DNA of 20,000 nucleotides from Chrysochromulina tobinii (Eukaryota): NCBI GenBank assembly GCA_001275005.1, contig JWZX01003364.1, positions 52,212 to 72,211 of the forward strand, read 5' to 3'. Shown piece by piece: positions 1 to 8,309 of this stretch (position 1 is its first letter; each line of letters starts with the position of its first letter). The notes under the pieces were generated by a model. It saw only the letters and a program-made list of their open reading frames with translations, ran no database searches and was not told where the DNA came from. The position numbers and the translations under genes were made by a program.

Positions 1-1263
1 CTCCTCAGCAAGCCGTCTCTTGAACGCCTGCCGCTGGCGGTACGAGCGGTAGCGCGCTTGAATGTAGCTCGTAGCGTACGCGAGGCGCCAGCCGATGCGG
101 CTGAACTGAGCGCGGATGAAGGCCATCTCGCCCAAGCTCTCGAAGAAGCGACGGATGATATCGGCGGCAAATCGCGCCTCGATCCGCTGCGCACGCGCCA
201 AGGTCGCCAGCGTGCGCTTCCGACGCCGCACCGCCCATCGGACCAGCACGCCACGCGCCCTTCGCCGGATGTCGACAAGCTGCACCGCGACGGCTCGTCG
301 GTGCGCCGACTGGATGGTGACGGCGCTCACGCCCACCTTGTGCGCCGCGCCTTTTAGGCGTGCCAAGCCCTTCGCCATCGTCGCCGTCGCCCGAAGGAAG
401 GTGATGAGCACCGCCGCCGCCGCTGCTGCCGACCGGCGACGGCGGTCTACCAGCTGACGGGCGAGGCGGCCCCGTGCCACGGTAGAGATGAGGACGCACG
501 CCCGCCGCCGCGCCGCCAGCACTCGGTGCACGGCTTGCCGGGCTCGCCAGCCGCGCGCCGCCGCCGCGATCAACGTCGCCGCCTGCGCTCGCTCATCGGC
601 CTTGCGCCGCACGCGAGCGATGGCGTCGAGCACACCTTGGGACGCGGCGGCAGGAGGATCCGCGGGCGCCGACGCCGCTGCCTTGCCGCCTCGCCCGCGA
701 CCTGCAGTTGCCGGCGCCGGCGCCGCCCTTCCGCCCTGCCTGGCATCCAGTTTGCCGCCGCCGCGACCGCCCCGGACACCCTCAGCCGCGGGCTTGCCCT
801 TCCCGCCGGCATGCGGGATTGCCGGAGGCTGCAGCAATGGCTCTGGTTCGCCCGTGCGCACGTGCCGTACGACCGCGTCCAGCTCCTCGAGCGCTGCGCT
901 CTGCAGTCTCTTGAGCTCCCGCGCCGCCTCGTGCTCGTTGAGCCGCACGGCCTCCGAGAGCAGACGCTGGTGCTCGCGGCAGCGAGCGACTCCTGCCTGG
1001 AAGCGCTCGTCGAGATCCTCGCAGCGGCCGGCGAGCTGGGCGTCCTGGCGCGCCACCGAATCGCGTAGTAGCGCGGCAAAGGCGTTCAGCCTGCCATCCA
1101 AAGCGGTGTGCATCACCGGAGCCGCGACCTCAGCGGCGGCTGGCCTGGCTGGCGTAGCAGCTGCAGTCGACGTCGCCGCCGGAGCCGCTCTGGTTGCTGG
1201 AGTTGGCGCAGCCGCTGGAGCCGGTCTGGACGGCTTGGCCGCCACCCTGGCTTTGGGCGGCAT
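1..1263 (-). CDS. IQ-motif (calmodulin-binding-like) protein, runs off the window start (3' partial)
   Basis: ATG at 1263 (MPPKARVAAKPSRPAP...) opens a frame that appears stop-free to base 1 (421 codons). It is absent from the ORF track because no stop lies in the window. Ala/Pro-rich N-terminus, a coiled-coil-like segment, then IQ-like motifs AATLIAAAARGWRAR, CVLISTVARGRLAR, AVTIQSAHRR, TSYIQARYRSYRQR. Confidence 0.75.
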   Translation of the reverse strand, partial: MPPKARVAAKPSRPAPAAAPTPATRAAPAATSTAAATPARPAAAEVAAPVMHTALDGRLNAFAALLRDSVARQDAQLAGRCEDLDERFQAGVARCREHQRLLSEAVRLNEHEAARELKRLQSAALEELDAVVRHVRTGEPEPLLQPPAIPHAGGKGKPAAEGVRGGRGGGKLDARQGGRAAPAPATAGRGRGGKAAASAPADPPAAASQGVLDAIARVRRKADERAQAATLIAAAARGWRARQAVHRVLAARRRACVLISTVARGRLARQLVDRRRRSAAAAAAVLITFLRATATMAKGLARLKGAAHKVGVSAVTIQSAHRRAVAVQLVDIRRRARGVLVRWAVRRRKRTLATLARAQRIEARFAADIIRRFFESLGEMAFIRAQFSRIGWRLAYATSYIQARYRSYRQRQAFKRRLAEE

Positions 1264-1519
1264 TGGGCCGCGAACAACGCGGGGCGGTTTCGCGAAAGTT
1301 GTGCTTCTTGAAAAGTACTGTAGGGAAACCGCAGAACACGCATTTCTGGAACGAAGTGCGCTCAATGCAGCGCTCCGGCACACTTTTCTCCACCATGGGG
1401 TCGACTGCCACGAGGGGTTGACCTTCGGCCTCGTCGTGTGGCGGCGACGCTCGCTCGAATTCGAGCTCGTTGTGACCGTTGTGCTTCGTCGCGCGCGTGA
1501 TTCCTGTGCCCCAGGCAGC
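1264..1519. promoter_or_regulatory. Probable bidirectional promoter region
   Basis: Only 256 bp between divergent ATGs at 1263 (-) and 1520 (+), with lower GC in its left half. Positional inference only. Confidence 0.4.
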
Positions 1520-2736
1520 ATGTACTGGCTGCCTGTTCTACATCAGCCAGCCAACGACTGCAGCCCGCTGATCGCACCTCTTCTACGAGCAGACCCGTTG
1601 CACACGGAGCACCTTCATGATGTGCTCGACAGCCTCCGCGGCAGCCTAGCGCTCCCGCTGACGGCCGAGCTCCTTGCACTGCTGCAGGCATCCTGTGCCG
1701 CCCTCTCTGCGGTTGACCAAGACTTGGCAGCCGAAGCGGCGGAACAAGCCGGTCTGACTCCGACCATCGTCGTGCCGCTGCTGCGGAGGGCCTGCAGCGC
1801 CGACTCTGACACGGAGCTGCGGGACCGCATCGTGGAGCTGGCTGGGGTGCTGACAGCCTCGCTCGCCTCGCACGGCGAGCACACGATGCGTGTTGGCGTC
1901 GGGTCGCTACCTCCGCTGTCTCTCCTGTGCCAGCCTAATGGGCGGCAGACTGGCACGCGACTCTGGCCAGCGGCGCGGCTGGCTATCGGGGCGCTCGCAG
2001 CGGGTTGGGGTGGGCTCAGTGTCAAAGGCCAGAATGTCCTCGAGTGCGTGCGGATGCGAGCCAGACCCGCGTAGCTCGGTCCTTGCGTGGCGATCCCGGC
2101 GCGACCAAGACGCGCGCTTGCGAGCTGCACCCCATCCCTCTTGCCTCCTCCCTCGTGCGCAGGCTTGGCTGTGGCTCAGGGGCGGCTGGGCTCGCCGCGG
2201 CGCTACTTGGGGCACGCTCGACGTGGCTCACTGACATTGATGTGCACGCCCTTGAGCTCGCCCAGCGAAACGCCGTGCACAATGGATTGGGCAGTGCGGC
2301 GGTGGCGTTCGCAGAACTCGACTTTATCGCGCCCGCGTCCGATTCGACGCCGCCACCCGCGATGCCGCTGAGCTTCGGCGTCGTCATCTGCGCGGACGTG
2401 CTGTACTCGAATGTGGAAGGCGCGTGGATCGAGATACTGGCGGCGGTCTCGCGTTTTGTCGACAAGGACGACCGTGACGCGCGGGTGCTCTGCACGTTCG
2501 GTCGCGACCAGAATCGGTCCGAGACCGCGAAGAGATCAGTCGAGCAGTTTGAGATGGCGTTCAGCGCCCATGGAGGCGCGGCCCATGGCGCAGGCCTGAG
2601 GCTAGTCGCCAGGGAAGCCGTCATCGAGGTGGGGCACGACGAGCCGGCGCTCATTATGCTGCTACTCGCGCCCGATTCGTTGCGGAATTTGGGCCCTGAC
2701 CCACTGTCGATGATACAAAAGAACGCGGGTGACTGA
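1520..2736 (+). CDS. Class-I SAM-dependent protein lysine methyltransferase (Methyltransf_16/METTL21-like), 2 exons, ~365 aa
   Basis: join(1520..2043,2163..2736). Removing the GT-AG intron 2044-2162 restores motif I, VLE|LGCGSGAAG. Also TGTRLWPAA, post-I WLTD and ICADVLY. The start MYWLPV is the most plausible ATG but is not certain. Confidence 0.85.
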
Positions 2737-3131
2737 CTCGTGTGAAAAAATGGTTGCGGGTCGCCGGGTTGCGGGTACGAATTTAAGGACGATCGTCGTA
2801 CGGCGTAGCCCGGCGGGTACGGAGGAGCGGAGCCTGCGCGCGGCGAGCGGCTTGCCGCCGTACGCAAGACGCACCGTCGCTAGTCCGCGCCTACGTTGAA
2901 CGTTCCGCGCCCGCGATGTGCAAACAAATTCACGTCAAACGCGCGAGCACGCCACACATGAATGGAGGCGGCTAGGCCGCGCCGCACAGCGAAGCCTAAG
3001 GCCATCCGTATCATAGGAGCGAGACGTAGGAGGTGTAACCCATGATGCCTGGCAGAGGAGAGCTGGGGGGATGGAGTTGTCCGTGCGCTTCGCAAGATTG
3101 GAGATGAAGGCGATGCCCGATAGGCAACATG

Positions 3132-3869
3132 TCACAGACGGCTCTCAGCACTCACAAAGGCAGGTGGAGGGGCGTGAGGAACCCGCGTGAGAGGCACAGC
3201 CCACACAGCCCACCGCCAAGGCCTCGCGGGCGCTTGGCCGACCTCTGCCATAGCGGCGGCGGGCAGCTCCTCCGCCATGTCCTCTGCGATCAGGACTTCT
3301 TGCTTGCAGAGCGGACAGCTCGGAGCGCCAGATTGCCGACGCTCTCGGCCGATGAGCCACCGGTCGATGCACGCGGCATGAAACTTGTGGGAGCATGGGA
3401 GCTCGCGCAACTGGTCGCCAGCTGCGAAGGTGCAGAGGCACACCGGGCACTCGTTCTCACCACTGGCTGCAGCCTCCGGAGGTGCGCTATCGGTCGCTGC
3501 GGCTTGCCTACGGTCCCCCCCGTGCCTAGGCGGCGGGGCACTCTGGGGGCCAGGAGCATAGGTGCACGCGGGAAGCTGGCGCATGATTGCAAGCTCAATC
3601 GAGCGAAAGCGCTCTGCCTCCTTGTTCATGAGCTGCCGCTGCTGCCTCGCAGCACGCCGGCGTTGCTCGATCACCATGGCGCACCAAAAGAGGAGGGGGA
3701 CGAGGAATAGAACCCAAAAGGCGACCGTCATATACTGTATGGCCAGCCCATTGGGGTTTGGCACCTCTGACGGGCAGGCGGCGTTGAAGTTGAGTGTAGC
3801 ACCCATTGTGCTATTTGTGCGATTGGTGTCGCACAAGGTGACCGTCGCGGTTCTGGTTGTTGCGGACAT
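3132..3869 (-). CDS. Transmembrane RING-H2 E3 ubiquitin ligase (ATL-like architecture)
   Basis: TM helix MTVAFWVLFLVPLLFWCAMVI, a basic stretch, then C3H2C3 RING CPVC...LRELPCSHKFHAACIDRWL...CPLC. The 3' end is uncertain: a possible phase-0 intron 3049-3242 would extend the CDS to 2935. Confidence 0.88.
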   Translation of the reverse strand: MSATTRTATVTLCDTNRTNSTMGATLNFNAACPSEVPNPNGLAIQYMTVAFWVLFLVPLLFWCAMVIEQRRRAARQQRQLMNKEAERFRSIELAIMRQLPACTYAPGPQSAPPPRHGGDRRQAAATDSAPPEAAASGENECPVCLCTFAAGDQLRELPCSHKFHAACIDRWLIGRERRQSGAPSCPLCKQEVLIAEDMAEELPAAAMAEVGQAPARPWRWAVWAVPLTRVPHAPPPAFVSAESRL

Positions 3870-4090
3870 TGTAATCGATATTTTTATTGGCGGCGACGAC
3901 GGCAGCGCCGAGTGCCTACCTGTACGGTTTGGTGCCGACGGCTGCCAGGTTTCACTCTCCGGAGGCGGCCTTCGGAGTCAACAGTGGCCGTGAACCACCG
4001 TGTGAAGAGACAGCCGACGGAGCCCAGTTCCGTAAAAAGACAGCCGACGGAGCCAGAGGGGGATGGGCGGTCCCCGGCCGTTTGGGATAT

Positions 4091-4144
4091 GGGCATATGG
4101 GGTACCATGGGGATACATATCGGGAGATCTGCTGCTCAGGTTTC
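4091..4144. repeat. Dispersed 54-bp element, copy 1 (copy 2 at 19401-19454)
   Basis: GGGCATATGGGGTACC...GCTGCTCAGGTTTC; 47/54 ungapped matches to 19401-19454 by manual count. Confidence 0.8.
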
Positions 4145-4484
4145 GAGGCGACGAGGCTCCTTGCGATGGGTATTTATTGTTTCTGACACCCTCGCCTGGA
4201 CACGGACATGCAAGAACAAGTTATACCTACAGATTCTCCAGAGCCATAGGGATCACCATGTGGTACCCTTGGGATGTACAGGGCATGCATCAGTCCATCA
4301 CAATCATCCCCTTTCATTAGCGCGGTTAGACCCACCATTGAATCTGCACGGCTCCCGCCACGAATGCTGGGGGGCCTCGGCGGCATGACACATGCGCGCG
4401 AGTTCTCTCTCAGCAGCCTGACGTCCTGCAGCAGGCCTTCCTCCCCACCGTCGTACCCCATCGCCTTCGGCCGCGCGTAGGGCA

Positions 4485-4710
4485 GCCGATCCCTGAGCAC
4501 CCCGATCGCCCCCGATCGTCGCTCCGAGCCCTGCCGATCCCCGAGCGCCCCCGATCGCCCCCGATCGTCGCTCCGAGCCCTGCCGATCCCCGAGCGCCCC
4601 CGATCGCCCCCGATCGTCGCTCCGAGCCCCCGAGCCCTGCCGATCCCCGAGCGCCCCCACAGGTCGAGCACCCCGCCCGAGCCCGCCTGAGCCTGCCGAT
4701 CCCCTAGCGC
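4485..4710. repeat. GC-rich minisatellite, ~48-57 bp unit, ~4.5 copies
   Basis: Units start with GCCGATCCC at 4485, 4533, 4582, 4639 and 4695, with internal CCCGATCG subrepeats. Confidence 0.9.
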
Positions 4711-4836
4711 GCCGTCAGTCGTCGTCGGCGCCTCGTATCAGTACACGAGGTGCGCGGGGCGCGCGCACGCGCAGCTCGAACATCATCGCATCCCACTTCC
4801 CATTTGTCTTCCGGCCCATTCCGCCGTGGCCCTCAC

Positions 4837-7522
4837 TCACAGGACGATCATTGACATTCCAGCGTAGACGGCGCATTCCAGAATCGTCAGGCCAAGACCC
4901 ACCTTTGTGTAGTCGGCGAACGCGTAGCCGCCACGCTTGTACACCATCAGATTCGTTTGGTACCCGATGGGCGTGATGTAGTCGGTCGAGGCGCCAAGCA
5001 TCATGCAGCACATCATCGCCTCCATCGAGATGCCTGGCACTTTCATCGTACGCAGGATCGCGTAGATAGTGATGACGGCCGTTGAGTTCGAGACAATGCT
5101 AGTGAGCAAGGACGAGAAGAGAACAATCATGAAGAGGAAGCCAAAGCTGCCAAGGCTGGTCATAGACTGGAGCGCGACGCCGGCGAACTTGGCGAGGCCC
5201 GTGTTGGTGAGCGCCTTGCCGGGGCCGAACGAGCACGCGACGACAAGCAAGACACGGTAGTTGATCGCGCGCCACGCCTGGTCCAGGGTCATGGCTCCGA
5301 TGAAGATGAAAGCGGCGCTTATGGCGAGTGCAAGTGGGAACAGGTCAACTATCTCGAAGGCAGAGAGGCAGAGCAAGGTGACCAGCGCGCTGAGACACGC
5401 GGCGATCCTCAACTTCTTGATGACATCTGCCTTCTTGGGCGGCCAGAACGGCCGTCCAGCAGCAGTGGTCTCGGCGGCGGCATCTGTGATACGCTTGAGG
5501 TGCGCAAATGCGCTCGTCGCCCGGTGTGCCCACACCCAGCTGTTTGGAGCCTCGACGAGCAGCACGGTACCGACAGTCAGCGGCAAGCTCTGCTGCCGGC
5601 TCGAGAAGCCTGTGGAGCCTGGCAAGAGGTGCGCAAGCTGGTCTGATGGTTGTTTCGCCTCACCTTCGGAATAGTATTCGGGTGAGCTTGCGACGAGAGA
5701 GAACTCGCGAATGACGCTCCCGGTGTCACGGTGCCACGTCATCAGAGCTGAGTCGGGATCGGCGAGGGTCGGCTGCACCGCAGACGAGCCCTCGCGAAGC
5801 GCCCAGACATGTGCCCCGCTCAGGGTTTCGGAAGCCAGTGCGTCCGCTAGGCTCAGCCCAACGAGAGGGGAGAGATTCCCGATCGTTGCCTCAACCAGCA
5901 CCTTGACGGCACCAGTGTCATCCCGGCGCGTGGGCGCTTCGGGCCGGATGATAAGCCCTTCCACCTTGCGCAGCGCTGGGATGGCCTGCGCCAGGCATCG
6001 TACGAGGAGCCGGTCGCCTTCCTGGATGAGCAGAGTAGGGCTCGTGAGCGGCCCGATAGGGTGGACGTCTTCCAGTGCACGAATGAGCACCCTCGGCACG
6101 CATGCCGCCTTGCAATCAGGCACGACGAGGGAGCCTAGTTCGGCGGGAGCGGTGCCGAGGAGGAGAGCGCACTTGCGCGTGACGAGTACCTCGAGGACGT
6201 ACCTGAGAAGCGGGCGAGATGCGAGCCAGATGTGAGGGGGAGATGCGGGCGAGGTACGGGCCAGATGCGAGCGAGAGCTGAGAGACTACATACCTGGGCG
6301 ATCCTCGCGAGCCAAAGCCCGCCGGCTGCAAGCCCGCCGGCTGCACCCCAGACGTCTCGACATCGAGCTTACCATCGAGCGTAGTCGACTGTGTCGACTT
6401 GCCGTAGCCGTCGGGCCTTGTGCTGTAGAAGGGCCCATAGCGAAACCGCTCCCAAAGCGTCTCGGCCTTCGCACCCGGCGCACGCTTCGGGCGAAAGTAA
6501 ATAGGACAGAAAATCGCCATGTAGACGCAGCCTGCGACTGCGCCAGGGTATCCGACAGCGGAGAACTGGAAGAGAGTGAAGGGCTTCATGGGCGGGTTTT
6601 TGTCGTCCTTGATCAGCCCGTTGAGCACGAGGTTGGTCGACGTGCCGATGAGCGTGCAACAGCCGCCAAGCAGCGCCGCGTACGAGAGAGGCATGAGGAG
6701 GCACTTGACAGACAAGTTGGAGCGAGCGGCCCAATTCTCGCAGACGCCCATGAGCATGGCAACGATGGGCGTGTTGTTGAGGAAGGCGGAGAGACAGATG
6801 ACGGGCAACGTCAGCCGGAGTATCGCACTAAAATGGTTGGATGGATTGCCGAGGATGGGCAGAATGACCGCCTCGACTGCCTTTGTCTCCTCGAGAGCCC
6901 TGCACATGACGAGGAGCGATGCGATTGCGAGGATGGAGGTGCTGCAGAAGCCGGACCACGCATCTTTGTCCGCAATGATTTTGGAGAAGATGAGGACGAT
7001 CGTGAAAGCGAGCATCACTAAGTCGGGAGGGGCGTCGTTGGCCATCACGATGAGGGCGTAGAGGTAGAGCGCCAAGACCCAATACGCTTCGCTCTTGAGG
7101 CAGGTGATCTCGGGCGTCCACCTCGTCACTGGCCCGGTGACGTTCCGAAGAGAGGTGACGTTGCCGATGGTGACGTTCCGAAGAGAGGTGACGTTCCTGA
7201 CACTGCTGATGTTAGCCGTTTGAATGCAGATATCGCCGTCCATGGCGGAGAAGCCAATGATTATGGCCGAGCCCAAGATTGCGACAAAGACGGAGAACTT
7301 GACGGTGCACAGGAATTTCACGACATCTCTCACCATGTTGAGGCCATCGGTGAGGGCCCCTGTGAAGGTGAAGTCGACGTCGTCTGACGGGTCGTGAGAG
7401 GTGCGCTCGAGCTTGCTGTCATGATCATCGTCGCCCGTTGAAGACTCGTCGCCCGTTGCAGACATCGTGCTGGACGACTTCTCCTTCACAAACGCCCCTT
7501 TGTCCAGCGTGACGTCGGCCAT
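4837..7522 (-). CDS. SLC13/DASS-family Na+:sulfate (or carboxylate) symporter, SLT-like, 2 exons, ~864 aa
   Basis: complement(join(4837..6202,6294..7522)); GT-AG intron 6203-6293 joins the two ORFs in frame. Motifs LSAFLNNTPIVAML, LLMPLSYAALLGGCCTLIGTSTNLV, IVSNSTAV, TPIGYQTNLMVYKRGGYAFADYTKVG. Many TM helices flank a central soluble loop with TrkA-C-like remnants (LLIQEGDRLLV). Confidence 0.9.
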
Positions 7523-8309
7523 TGCGCTCGTCCTTCCCGCGACCTGGACTGGAGGACTGCGACCTGGACCTCGAGACTGGATTTCGGTTACATGTATTGT
7601 CCGAAAAAGATCCTAATATGGAGTTCATAGGGCGAGGCTGGGGTACCGGTTTTATCGTCTCGCCTCGGAGTCTGGCCTACTCGGTTGGGAGGGGGAGCGT
7701 GGATGTGGGAACGAATCCTCCAAGGACTCTCAATCACAAAGCACGTTAGCAAAGTGTGCGTTGGCCGTTGCTCGCTCTTGGCTCTCGTGTCCGTGTGTGC
7801 TCCGTGTCTCACACCCATCATCCCCCAAATCATTTTTGTGCGTAAACCTCGAATGTTACGAGTCGCGCGTCGCTCGGACGCCTCCAACGCAGCCGGGCGG
7901 GCGGCGGCGGGCGGTGGACCCGTGGACGCCTGCGGCGCGCGCGCCGCGCGCGCGCGCAGCCGAGTCGGCATCGGTGCGAGGAAGCCTGCGGCGGCGCACA
8001 CGCACCCGGCGGGTAGGGGATGATAGCGGGACGGCGGTGGAGAAGACGGCGGCATCGACAGACGCGCCCGATGGCAGGCGCCCCCATCAGGGCCCGATGG
8101 CGGGCGCCCTCTTGACGCCCATGAAACGGCACGGATGATCGCCGATGGCATCGCGCATCATCATGATCCGACGAGCGCTGCATCCGATCTGTTTGGGATC
8201 TGAAACTTTATGAGACTTCGGGATGTCCTCCCGCTGCCGGGCGGGTCACTCTCTCCACTTATAATTATATGCCACCACTCCGACTCCTCTCTCGTGTTGC
8301 GCAGCTGCT

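Noticed and set aside
488..2074. 528-aa + strand ORF as one gene
   Set aside because: The first ~60% is the antisense shadow of the IQ gene plus intergenic sequence; only 1520-2043 belongs to the methyltransferase.
4485..4710. CRISPR-like array
   Set aside because: Units are contiguous with no unique spacers, there are no cas genes, and the context is eukaryotic.
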